Source: Schmidtea polychroa
Lineage: Eukaryota
Assembly: GCA_044892525.1 (NCBI GenBank)
Contig: CM097885.1
Location: 22,136,001-22,200,000, forward strand
DNA: 64,000 nt
Direction of reading: 5' to 3'
Shown in pieces: positions 1-12,099 of the stretch (position 1 is the first letter of the stretch; each line of letters opens with the position of its first letter). The notes below the pieces were generated by a model that was not told the DNA's origin, searched no databases, and saw only the letters and a program-made list of their open reading frames with translations. The position numbers and the translations under genes are program-made.

Positions 1-54
1 GTTAAGTTAAATTTATAGTTTATATTTTAAAGCTAATATAATTTTATAATTTAT

Positions 55-207
55 AGTTAGATATATTGTTGTTTTAATAATTAGGAATTTGCGGTTTTTG
101 TGAATTTATTAAAACTTGTTATTTATAAATTCTTTGATTAAATATATATTGTTAGTTTCAAGATTTTTGCTGCAAATTTAAAGATGGATCTAAAAATGGA
201 TTTAACT
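55..207 (+). repeat. 5' LTR of element A (AGTTA...TAACT)
   Basis: Direct repeat of 4595-4747; 5-bp terminal inverted repeat AGTTA/TAACT. Confidence 0.93.
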
Positions 208-1476
208 GGCGACCACGCCGAAAATCAAAATATCAACGCCATTTCGAAATCGACAAAATCGCTAATGGAATGCCTACCGAAATCATGCCAAGACATGCTC
301 ACACTGAACATCAGACGATATGATGGACGAGGTTTAAAAGAAGCCGAAGAATGGATCAGAGATATAGAAGAATGGTTGCTGAGAAATGGACAGCGATTGA
401 CAAGCACTTTCGATGTGTTATTAGTGGCAAAAGCAAAGACATTGTGGGAAAACGTCAGAGAAACAGAAACAACAGATGTAAAAGCCAAAGCGTGGTTCTT
501 AAATACGTTCACAATTACAAAATCTATAACTGACAAAATCAGAGAATTGGCAGCTATGGAACAGGAAAATGATGAAAGGTTTGCAGCTTTTGAGATACGG
601 CTAAGAAAAGCTTTAGCTGAAGCTGTAAATTCAGGACGATCAGAAGAAGATATTGTTCAAGACCTCATCGCAAATAAAGCACGCGATGCGAGACTGAGGG
701 AGATACTATTGACAAAACCAGAAACAAAAATTGAAGAAACGAGATCATTGGCGAAAATTTTTGAAAGTAACAAAATTGGAAACCATAAAACAGAATTTGT
801 TAAAGCAATCGGTCAAAGAACATACGCTAGCGTGACTGAGGGAGTGCAGATGAGAATTCGACAGAATACCCAAAATCCCATGCCTACATCACCACAAAGA
901 AGGCAATCAGAAGATCGATTTAGTCACCACAGATCAAGAAGAGACGAATATCCTATACGCGGACCAATACAATATGAAGGAAATAACCATGGTCGTCGAG
1001 AACAATCTCCAAGAGAACAATTCTTGAGAAATGCGAGAATCCCGAATAGCTCAGAAAGGAAGCTGCCGACAATATCCATGAAGAATATAGCAAGGAGGCT
1101 GTACAACGAAAGTATAGTAGTACCACAAGCATCGGTAGGTGATTGTTTTTGCTGTGGCAAAAGGGGAATTAGAAGGTATGAGTGTCCACTGGGAAATAAA
1201 TGCCTGATATGTGGCAAGGAAGGTCACGGTTTCCGAGATTGTTTTTCGTTACGGAAAGAGGTTCCACACCGATATCAAAGGATAGCGTGCATAGAAGAAG
1301 AAGATTCAAAATCTGAAAGAAGAGATTACACCGAGAACAGCCAGGATTTCAGAACTGCTCACAGCGACATGGAAGATAGATACAATGTCCCTGAAAAATA
1401 TACTATATTGAGAGAAGACCAAAAAAACAACAGCGACTCCATGGGTTTCATTTCGTCGGTGGAGTCAAGACAATAA
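184..1476 (+). CDS. gag: Gag of element A (430 aa)
   Basis: Capsid-like N-half; two knuckles CFCCGKRGIRRYEC (His lost) and CLICGKEGHGFRDC; candidate -1 slippery site A_AAA_AAC at 1422-1428 with the pol frame open from there. Confidence 0.9.
   Translation: MDLKMDLTGDHAENQNINAISKSTKSLMECLPKSCQDMLTLNIRRYDGRGLKEAEEWIRDIEEWLLRNGQRLTSTFDVLLVAKAKTLWENVRETETTDVKAKAWFLNTFTITKSITDKIRELAAMEQENDERFAAFEIRLRKALAEAVNSGRSEEDIVQDLIANKARDARLREILLTKPETKIEETRSLAKIFESNKIGNHKTEFVKAIGQRTYASVTEGVQMRIRQNTQNPMPTSPQRRQSEDRFSHHRSRRDEYPIRGPIQYEGNNHGRREQSPREQFLRNARIPNSSERKLPTISMKNIARRLYNESIVVPQASVGDCFCCGKRGIRRYECPLGNKCLICGKEGHGFRDCFSLRKEVPHRYQRIACIEEEDSKSERRDYTENSQDFRTAHSDMEDRYNVPEKYTILREDQKNNSDSMGFISSVESRQ
207..217 (+). 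promoter_or_regulatory. Primer binding site, probably tRNA-Arg; overlaps the last LTR base
   Basis: TGGCGACCACG is complementary to the 3' end (...CGUGGUCGCCA) of metazoan tRNA-Arg(UCG) as recalled. Confidence 0.75.
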
Positions 1477-4400
1477 ATTGTGAAATAAGAAATGAACGAC
1501 GAAGAGGCGAGGCAGAAGAAGAGATGTACCAGACGAAAGATGGAAGAAATTGGAGTAAAATAATGTTGAATAATGCCGAAACAGAGATGTTATGGGATTC
1601 TGGAGCATCAGTAACAGTCATGAGCAAGAGTTTGTGGGAGAAAATCGGCAAACCAGAACTTAAACGTAGTATGATATTATTGTGCGGAGTTTTTTCAACT
1701 GGAGGTGAAGAAGCAATGGGATACATGACTATACCGGCCACATGGAATCAGAAGACCAAAATAATCACAGTAGTAGTGGTAAAAGAGATCAAACCAGAAT
1801 TCATAGGGGGCATTGATACAATGAAAGAGTTTGGAGTAAAGTTAGTGAAAATCAGTAATATAGAAACGTCATTGATAAACAAAATTTACACTGATGAAGA
1901 AAGAATAAATAAAGCACTAGTGGCGATGGCAGGTGACAATAATAAAGATATTGAAGGAATGATCAGGGAATACGGCGGAATTTTTATGGCATCGAAATTC
2001 GATCTGGGATTTACAAACTTAGTTCGACATGAGATGCGGATAACAGGAGGCCCAATAATGCAACATCCTCGACGTCAACCAATGCACATGGAGAAAAGGA
2101 TTGAAGAACTGATAAAAGAGTTAATGAAAGCAAATGTTATTCGGTGTTGCAAGAGTCCTTGGAATGCCCCGTTAGTGATAGTAGGGAAGAAAGATGGATC
2201 TATCAGGATGTGTGTAGATTATCGTGGATTAAATTCCATAACAGAAAAAGAGTCATTTCCTATGCCTAACACCAAATTCTTACTAGACTGTCTCGCGAAT
2301 GCAAAAGTATTTTCGTCAATCGATTTAGGTCAGGCGTATTATCAAGTGGAGTTGGCTCCAGAAATTCAAGAAATGACTGCATTCAGTACAAGAGAAGGAC
2401 AATTTTGCTTCAATAGACTACCGTTTGGCTTAGCAACAGCTCCTGCGACATTCCAGAGACTGATGCACACAATGCTAGAAGGAATGCTATTCAAAGGAGT
2501 AGTAGTTTATCTAGATGATATCTTGGTATATGGTAAAAGTCAAAAAGACCACGATGAGCTATTAAGGGAAATATTCAGAAGAATTCAAATGGCAAGACTG
2601 AAGATAAATCCAGAAAAATGCAAATTCAATAAAACATAATTGTGTTTCCTTGGTCACACAATTAACGAGAAGGGTATCCAAACAAACAGGAAGAAAGTGG
2701 AAGAGATCGAGAAAGCAGAAGTACCAAAATGTTCAAAACAATTGAGATCGTTTCTCGGATTAACGAACTACTATAGAAGATTCATCGAAGACTATGCCAA
2801 AATCGCCGAACCATTATACGCTGCAACATCTGGATGCGATAAAGATATAAATTGGACTAAAGAATGCAATAAGAGCTTCCAAACTCTGAAGAGACGGTTG
2901 TGCAAAGCACCTATCCTTGATTTTCCAAGAGAAGATAGGACTTTTATCTTAGACACAGACGCTAGTTTCGGAGCCATTGGTGCAGTTTTGAGTCAAATTA
3001 CAGAAGATGGAGAAGAATCTGTCAAAGCTTATGGCTCGAGACATATGTCATCACATGAAAAAGGATACTGTGTAACCAGGAAAGAACTGCTCGCCGTACA
3101 CGAATATGTCATGCATTTTAGAGAATATCTGTACGGAAAAAAATTCATAATTCGCACCGACCACAAGGCATTGGTTTTCATGAACACTACAAAAACGCCA
3201 ATCAGTCCGCAATTCCAAACATGATTAGCTAACCTGTCGGAATATGATTTTGAACTAAAATATCGGAAAGGCGAAGAACACTCAAATGCAGATGGACTAT
3301 CAAGATTAAAAAGTATGGTTTGCACCCAGTGTCAAACAAGACATGAAGAAGCTAAGGAAGGAAAATCAAAGATTAGATATATATATATACTATCCAAAGA
3401 ACAGAAGCTATGGAAAAAGTATGGGAACAACAACAAAAGGACATTCGGTTTTGAGAGCTGCGAGAGATATTGGAAAATGGATGTACACGGGAGAAAAAAA
3501 ATTGTTTTCCTTTTAACGAAAAAAACATACAAATTGATGGAGGATTAATAACAGTAGAAAAGAACAAAAATATCTTAATGTTAGTCCCAGAAACATTTGC
3601 AGGCCGGTTAACAACAACGCTACATGAAGAACTATGTCACATTGGAGATAAGAAATTATTTCATTATATGGAAAAGATATTTTATTGGCCGAAAATGCAA
3701 GAAACAATCCAACTCTGTTTACAATGTTGCGAGATCTGCGCTAAGAGAAAGATCGATCAGACAAGAACCAAGGAAACATTTATTCCTAGATATAGCTCTG
3801 AATTCCTAGAACAGATTGTTATAGATGTGGCTTACATGGAAATAAACGCCAAAAAAAAATATATGGTAGTAATGGTGGACCGTTTTAGCAAACTGATTTC
3901 TTTAACTGCAATCACAAAGCAAGACGAAGGGACCATTTTCAAAACAATACTTAATAGTTGGATCTATCGATTTGGAAAACCGAAGAGTATTTTAACAGAT
4001 AGAGAGCGAAATTTCGAAGGGAATTTCCTAAGACAGAAGCTACAGAAACTTGGAATCAAACAGGAATTCAGCTCACCTTACCTGCACCAATCAAATGGTT
4101 TAGCCGAAAGAGCCATATGAACAATAAGAGATCTTATTACAGCAACATTGGCAGGCGGATGTGAAGACAGAAACTGGCACGAACTTCTACCCAAAATAGA
4201 GTTCACTATAAATAGCAGTCGACAAAGTACTACAGGCTTATCACCATTTGAGATAATTTATGGACGGAGTGTTAACCTACACTCTAACCTGAAACAAGCC
4301 GAGATATCAAGAAGCGAAAGAATCGAAGACGCGAGATTTAACTCGAGTAAAGCCGCAGACACTATGAGAGCTATGGATAAGACAAAGAGGGGCACTCGTG

Positions 4401-4585
4401 TTTTTGAGGTGGGGGAGGAGGTACTCGTACGTAAAGAGCCGCAGAACAGGCACAAGGATGGTATGCAATACGATGGCCCATATAAAATCGCCAGATTTCT
4501 ATCACCTCATCGAGTCGAACTACATTCACAAGAAGGAACGAAAGAAAGAAGAATCGAGTGGCTGAAGAAGTGGAAAAAGTCTTAA
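1422..4585 (+). pseudogene. pol: Pol of element A (PR-RT-RNaseH-IN), disrupted
   Basis: PR LWDSGA; RT YLDD; RH LDTDAS...TDHKAL; IN HHCC, D..D..E and GPY; in-frame stops at 2637, 3222 and 4118 and frameshift(s) near 3375-3470. Confidence 0.93.
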
Positions 4586-4594
4586 GAAGGGGAG

Positions 4595-4747
4595 AGTTAG
4601 ATATCTTGTTGTTTTAATAATTAGGAATTTGCGGTTTTTGTGAATTAATTAAAACTTGTTATTTATAAATTCTTTGATTAAATATATATTATTAGTTTCA
4701 AGATTTTTGCTGCAAATTTAAAGATGGATCTAAAGATGGATTTAACT
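4595..4747 (+). repeat. 3' LTR of element A
   Basis: Follows the PPT directly; followed by TSD TTTAT. Confidence 0.93.
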
Positions 4748-5100
4748 TTTATATTTTTAAGTTTATAATTTATATTTTATGAAGTTAAATTTATAGTTTA
4801 TATTTCTAAAGCTAATATAATTTTATAATTTATACTTTTCAGTTTATAATTTACATTTTTATGAAGTTAAATTTATAGTTTATATTTCTAAAGCTAATAT
4901 AATTTTATAATTTATACTTTTAAGTTTACAATTTACATTTTTATGAAGTTAAATTTATAGTTTATATTTCTAAAGCTAATATAATTTTATAATTTATACT
5001 TTTAAGTATATAATTTATATTTTTAGGAAGTTAAGTTAAATTTATAGTTTATATTTCTAAAGCTAATATAATTTTATAATTTATACTTTTAGGATCAATT
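4748..5100. repeat. AT-rich tandem repeat, ~84-bp unit, decaying to ~5650; also at 1-54
   Basis: Repeated GAAGTTAAATTTATAGTTTATATTTCTAAAGCTAATATAATTTTATAATTTATAC; element A is inserted into this array. Confidence 0.85.
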
Positions 5101-5436
5101 ATAATTTATTTTTTTTATAGATAATCAAAGTTTCAAGTTTATGTCTTTTAGGAATAATATAAACTTATGATTTATGTTTTTATAGATAGTTCTAAGTTAT
5201 AATTTATAATTTAGGGGTGATATAAATTTCTAATTATATTTTATGAAATTAAATTTGTAATTTATTCTTTTACAACTAATCATGACTTATATTCTATGAA
5301 AGCAAACTCATACTTCGAAATTATAACGTATATTTTATAACTCATTTAGATTTGTAATTTATGCTTCAGTCAACATGAACCTATAATTTATATTTTAACT
5401 TTATAACCTATACTTTATAGTCAGTACGAGTTTATA

Positions 5437-5480
<44 letters not shown>

Positions 5481-7778
5481 TTATAATCAGTACAAGTTTA
5501 TGATTTATATATAACTATTTTGGAGTGGTAATTTATATCAGTATAGATTCACGACTTATATTTTTAGGGGGTTAAATTTATGATCTATACTTTCATGCTA
5601 CTTATACATTATATTTTTATGAAATCAGATTTACCCTTCATATAGTAATTTCAATGGCCTATTCAACTTATAAATTAAGTCTTACCGATACGTATGTCGA
5701 ATGCCTTTATGAATACTATTACCATTAATACTATCATATGGAAAAATCTTTCCTTTACACTATTATTAAATAGGTTATTTAAGACTTTAGGTTTGACATA
5801 CGTTTAGGTAAAGTTCATTACTTATTAGGTTATGGATAACCGTCTACATTAATCATGAATATCAGTCTTGTGATTAGTTTATGTCTGAGATCTACTCCGT
5901 TTATTTACCTTAGTGTATTGTATTGTGATGATTTTGGATGTAGATTTTAACTATGTAAGTTATTCATGTATTGAAAGTCGGGAAGAGCGCTTGCTTACGC
6001 GGCCCCACTGTGACCACTACGATAAGCCTTACTGTTGTGTTGAGTCAACATTTTTACTGCTGACCTATAATAGATAGGTAGAGTCAGACGGAGCGATCTT
6101 ATCGACTTAACTCCATGGCAGAACCATGAATTGATGCGACCTCCGACTGACCTGAACAAAAAAAAACCAATAATATTGATAGGTGCGTACCAGGCAGTGG
6201 CCTGCAATCATTGTGAGCAGTGTACTCATCAATGATAAAGCGCATAGGTGCAGGGTTGGCTGGGATCTCGCTTCAAAATCAATGATAACCGACGATCTCA
6301 CTCAAACCTACATTTCTTTGGTTAAAAAGAAATAATGAAAACAAGGTTTCAATAATAATAATTTATAATTCACAATGAAATCGTCCTTACCTACAATCTC
6401 AGAAAAATCAAAACCAAAAATTTGGCATAAGAGTAAGCATTAGCATTTGCATTGAAAAGTGACGAAATTTGTTAGTTTATATAGCTTCTGTTTGACGTGC
6501 ATTGATGCAGTAAAACAAATTCGGATTATTTTAATTCTCGAACATTCGATTTTTAATTTTTATCGATTTTGATGGCGATTTTTCAGTAAGAATTTTTGTT
6601 TTTATTTTTGAAATTTTATTTTTGAATTATTTTTTATTAAATTTGCCTCCATGATGGATTTCAGTATTTCCAGAACATTCCATGCTAAATTTAATCTATT
6701 TCTTATTTTTAAATTGTTTTTTATGATTTCTTTGCAAAAATTTTTATTTTTTAAACTAAAATATTTATTTTTTATAAATTTTATTGGGTCGTTTGGCGGT
6801 CATAATGGATTTCGCCATTTTTATGAATTGTTCTGGATTTTTATTCAAAATATCGATATAATTTTCTTTACGTAAGATTTTATGGAGATTTCTTTAATTT
6901 TTTTTAAAATTTTTACTAATCGCCTTTATTCGAATTTGTTTATTGTTGTTTTATGTATTTCGGTTTTATTTGAGTAATTTTTCGTGTAATACTTCTTGCT
7001 CGTGTTTTATTTTATTTTTAATTCAGATGTTTTATTTTTGGGTATATTATATCTCTATTATCATTGTTTACTTGGTGTTTTATATATTTTTATTTAATTA
7101 AACCTAATACTGGGTATGCGTGTTGTGTACTGACACATTTCGTCCCATTCCTAACTTTGGGTTTTGAAATCAGTTCTCGCCCAACATTTCCATAGACACT
7201 TTACCTTATTAAATTTTTATTTAGGTAAAGACATTTTCTTTTTACCTTAGTTTATGACAGGAATCGTATAGTATTTTTGATAATGAGTATTAGATGTAAG
7301 ATCTTCCATCGGTAGTCAAGAACCCGTAGGAGTTTTATGGAGGAGCAGTCCTACCATAGGGGTTCACCTGCTCCATGATATCCACCGACATCGCACAGTT
7401 CCAACATGACCTCTGTCATGGGTACCTGTCGTGATTGAAATAATCAGGGGCGTTTTGGAGACTCCGGTTCTATATGAGAAAGTGATTGAACGATTAAGTA
7501 GCGACCTGAAAGGAGAATACCCAATAGACATCGTTTTCGCTGTATTGTCTTTACTGAACCGGATTTCCACCACCTAACACCCAACAATATATACATTTCT
7601 TTACAGTTAAAAATGTAATTAGTGACTTCACTCTTATAGCTACCACGAAATTCAATTCGATTCACTCAGATGTTACACATCACTAGATGACATTAGTACT
7701 GTACCAACTAGTTTTGAAAATGATTTTTAAAACAATATTAAATTCGATTATTAATGAAAGTCTAGCTCCCAATTCATT

Positions 7779-7849
7779 TGGCTCCCGGAATCGAATCCAG
7801 CAAATTAATGATCAAACCATAGAGCCTAACCACTGAGCCATCAGGCCAC
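7779..7849 (-). other. tRNA-derived Pol III promoter element (SINE head or tRNA pseudogene)
   Basis: Minus strand has A-box TGGCTCAGTGG and B-box GGATTCGATTCC at tRNA-like spacing; the anticodon arm is not convincing. Confidence 0.6.
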
Positions 7850-8031
7850 ATGGATATCATAACTTTTGTAATAAATTATTTTTAATGTTTAACATTTACT
7901 GAAATATTTTACATAACAAATCACATGATAAATTATGAAATTTTTTAATTTAATTTTAATAATGAATAATTTGATTTAAAGAGTTTCAATTTGATTATGA
8001 TCTTGATTAAAATTTTTGAAATAGAGTAAAG

Positions 8032-10330
8032 CAGTGGTGTCAAACATACGACCCGACACCCTCTTACATGCATCCCACAGCCGCCTTCAAAAATACTGCA
8101 AATCATGTAAATATAATTATAATTATAAAAATATCAACGAATGCAGCCTTGGTAAATGTTTTATCTGGAGTCTTTCTTATATACGATGCTCCAGCCCAGC
8201 AGTACTTTGAAGTTTGAACAACCTCGTTAGTTCACGCAAAGTGTCAAATGTGTCGTCCACACGTAATGTTTTGCATGACAAATTACAAATGATCATGTAA
8301 GACTACCGACAAAACATTAGTCGTGTGAATGGACCTTAGTGTACTTATCTGATGGTCTGGCACCAGCAAAAGGGGTACGACGATAATTCCCTCACACCAA
8401 CAGACAAGTTGTCGTACTTGTCTAATTTAGTTGTTCTGGTCTAATAGTAAATATTACTCATTTATGATAGTTTGTAGCATTTAAGCACTTTAACTTTTCG
8501 AATTTACATTTGTTACATTTGTGTTTTGTTTGTAATTTTACTTATATTGTGTTTATTTTCTGAACTTATAACCATATTTTTAAAGCAAAGAAATGTTAAC
8601 AAAGAGTGTCGGGTGGTGCAGAAAAATTGGAGACTATCATACTTTTGGTTGGCATTAATGGAAAGCCAACATGTTTAATTTGTAACAAACAGATTGCTGT
8701 TGCCAAAGATTATAATGTTTGAAGACATTACAGGTTTTTGAAAGGCAGCCAAAAGAGATTAATCTTTCACATTTTCCTACCTTGAAGTCCTTGCCAGGCA
8801 CAACTGAACTTCCAGCTGAAATCAACACTGAATCAATATTTCCAACTTGAAGAATGAGTTCCAAGAACGATTTGCCGACTTTAAATACCTTGAAAAGGAC
8901 ATTACCATTTTTTCAGAATCCGTTTTCGGTTAATGAAGCACCAGATCTACTTCAGCTAGAATAAATTGAGTTCCAGTGCGATTCTTTTTTGAGGAACAAA
9001 TTTTTCAATGTTGATATTGGCACATTTTATCAATATGCTGGACCAAATTATTCTATGATTAAATTTTTAGGTTCGGAAGTAAATACGTATGTGAACAATA
9101 TTTTTCTCTAATAAACATAAACAAAAATTGGCTTCGCTCGAAACTTTTTAACGAGCACCTTATGTCAATACTGTTGGGTTATTGAGTTGGTGACAATATT
9201 TGTAAATTCAAACCTTTAATCTGGCTCCAAAGCGTGTTTATTAATTCGCAATTCAACACTCTCGAACACAATAAGCTTTATTAATATCCACACGTAATAG
9301 TACAAATTTCAATTACAACCAATTAACTATAACCAATTTATCACACAGAGCTTATTTCGACACTACGTGAAGAATAGCCCTTTCTGTAACCACAGCAATA
9401 ATCACTAGCCGTCAACTACTCAATTACAGAGTATGTTGATCGATTGTTCTATTTGCTTTGACCCCACAATTTATTTACTCCACCTTTACTTTATATTCAA
9501 TTTTATAAAGGATTCTCTTTTTACTCTGTTTTGATTCCCCTTTTTACTCTGTCTTCTCTAATTTTACTCTACTTTTTGCCTCTAATTTCGTTTCGTTTTG
9601 CTCTTAACTTCGTTCTGTTTCCGTTCTACTTTTCGCTTCAAATTTGTCTAAATTTGCTCTCAATTTGTTCTGATTTCATGTTCACCTGTTTTCCCTTATA
9701 TAGTTCGCTTCTCTTGTGGCACTCCAGATAATCGAGTGTTTTTCCACTTTCCATCTCCTGCTTTCCCCGACTGTCCCATTTTTATCTCTGACAGCTGTCA
9801 AGTTGTTTTTTCCCTTTTTCCTTTCTTGTTCGACCGCCTTCTCCCATCAATTCTATTATCACCGGCAAGCTGTCGAGATAAGGATATTGTTGTTTTCCTT
9901 TTTCCCTGATTTCAAAATTCCTTTTCCTTTTTGTACTAATTAATTAGTACTGACCTTGATTTTTATTTTCTTGTTTGATAACTTTTATTTCCTTTCTCTT
10001 TCTCATTTTTGATTTCTTTTCACTTCCGTTTTCTTTTCTGAGTCTCTATAGATCGTCCCGTTTGTCATGGCAATCTTCCCTCAGGTAATTTTATTTATTT
10101 CTTTATGAATTATTATTTAGGTATCCTCAACAATACTGAAGGTTGCTACACCACAGTCATTGGAGATCAAACTTTGATGAACTTGCTAATAGCAAGATGT
10201 GTCAAGTGTCTGGAGGCAACAGTAACAGGCAGTAATGAAATAATATATAAGAATATATACATCCGCTAACGTATATATATATATATATATATATTATTTA
10301 TATTAAATTTTATATTATTTGACATCCCTG
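8032..10330 (+). mobile_element. Internally deleted hAT (GTF2IRD2/SPIN/Charlie-like) transposon
   Basis: TIRs CAGTGGTGTCAAA / TTTGACATCCCTG; perfect 8-bp TSD GAGTAAAG; transposase relics (KPTCLIC..KDYN; LQLE.IEFQCD; EHLMSILKVA..CQVS). Confidence 0.9.
9172..10132 (-). mobile_element. Solo LTR (961 bp) nested in hAT
   Basis: TGTTG...CAACA ends; 4-bp TSD ATAC; removal restores the transposase frame HLMSILKVATP; minus-strand TATA-like CTATATAAG near 9695-9703. Confidence 0.85.
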
Positions 10331-10699
10331 GAGTAAAGATTTTCTAATTCGCAATTTTATTTTTTGGCAAATTTGAAAGGTGTTATATAGTTTGTTTTAT
10401 TTAAAAATTACGACACCAAAGAAATAATTACACTTGCAAAATTTTAGACAATTAAAAAGTATATTTATTTTTTAATCAATCAATTTTTTATATTAAAAAC
10501 TCAATCGATTTTCTATTTCTTTAAATGGTTTTGAATCAAAAGTTTTTTTGGTTCAAATATTCCTATTTTTTGCAAGGCTCCAACAAATTCTCTGTTAATT
10601 ACAATTCTAATAGGTTCATCTATATACTAGAATATCGCCTTTTGTATACAATTCAAAATTTTCAACATTATCAAATATTTTGACGTTTGTAACATCAGT

Positions 10700-11080
10700 T
10701 TAAGAAATTTCATTAACTATTGCACCATTCTTTGTGAAACGGATTCGAATAAATTCTTCAACTGCATATTGGTTCAATGAAATTCGAAATCTGGTAAAAT
10801 TCTTAAAACTTTCTTTTTAATTTTTATTGAATTTTTTCTGAATCTTTCCAGTTTGCATGAGTAAAGAAATTATTTATTGTATCAAATTTTATTTCATTCA
10901 ATTTCGTTGATAAAAACAAAATCATAGCTGTAATATTAATTATTATACAACACTCATAAACATGGGCTCCTTCTCCTTCAATTTTCAATTAAATCACGAA
11001 ACTTGGTTTTGATTGCCTTGATTATCCCCTGATTTATTGGTTGTATAGTAGTTATAGGATTTGGAGAAAAAAGTTTCTGA
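10700..11080 (-). mobile_element. Tigger/pogo DDE_1 transposase relic
   Basis: FSPNPITTIQPINQGIIKAIKTKFR matches the LPPNTTS.IQP.DQGII motif. Confidence 0.7.
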
Positions 11081-12017
11081 GAACTGTAAACACAAATACA
11101 TTAGTTTACACTACCCATGATGGCATAGTGCGTACACTCTGTTTGTCTCCTCTAATTTAGCAAAAAATGTGAAAATTTCTATAGAATACTACGTGGCTTC
11201 AGTCTGCTCTTAAAACCTATCTTAATTTCTCATTTAATTGTCTTCATTAAGTTTCATCAATTCTTTATTTCATTTTCGATAAATTTTTGTTTTTTGCTTT
11301 TTAATATTATTTTATATCATTTTATTTTTATTTTTGTTTGTTATTGTGCTTTTTATTTTGTTTTTAAACTATTTTGTTATTATTCTCTTTTTTAGTTCTT
11401 TTAATTGATCCTTTCATATTCTATTTGAATTTTTGCCTGTTTCTATTCTTATGTCATCGAGCTAGATGAACAAAATAAGATCAGAGTTTGTTTTTCTCCA
11501 ATATAATTAACTTTATTTAGTTATTTCTAATTATTTCTAATATGACTTTTAATTAATTTAAATTAATAAATAAACTTCCAATATAATTACAATAATTACA
11601 AATGATTACAATATTACAATAACGCCAATATCATTAAAATATGTGAAACTGAGTAAGCAATATATTTAGTAGAACGAACAAAGTTTCTGATAGTTTACCG
11701 AATAAATATCAATAAATAAATTTTGAATTCCATATTTTACACCTAGATTTAAATTTTCATTATATACTGAATCTCATATCATTTATATTATTATCTTTCA
11801 GCATTTGACCATTCCAGAAAGTAAGTATCTGGACACAGAAATATTTTACTATATATCTTTCAAAATTCATTTATCAAATATCCTCTAAAATTTCTCATTG
11901 ATTACTTTATTGATATTCGTATATTCTCACAAATAATCATTTAATCATTAAAATAATCATGTAATTATCAACTTTTTGCCTTTTAAATGGTTAAATATTA
12001 AGTTAAAACATTTATAT

Positions 12018-12053
<36 letters not shown>

Positions 12054-12099
12054 GAATTATAAATATTTAATATAAATTTAGCCATAAATTTAGACTATT

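Larger units (their letters stand above)
55..4747 (+). mobile_element. Ty3/gypsy LTR retrotransposon A, full length, pol disrupted
   Basis: LTRs 55-207 and 4595-4747 (153 bp, 4 mismatches); 5-bp TSD TTTAT at 50-54 and 4748-4752; PBS TGGCGACCACG; PPT AAGAAGGGGAG 4584-4594; domain order gag-PR-RT-RH-IN. Confidence 0.96.

Noticed and set aside
2637..4120. Stop-codon readthrough or alternative genetic code in element A pol
   Set aside because: Mixed TAA/TGA stops plus frameshifts and diverged LTRs indicate ordinary decay; element B is intact under the standard code.
4748..5100. Regularly spaced repeats as a CRISPR array
   Set aside because: No unique spacers, no cas genes, eukaryotic context; a simple tandem repeat.
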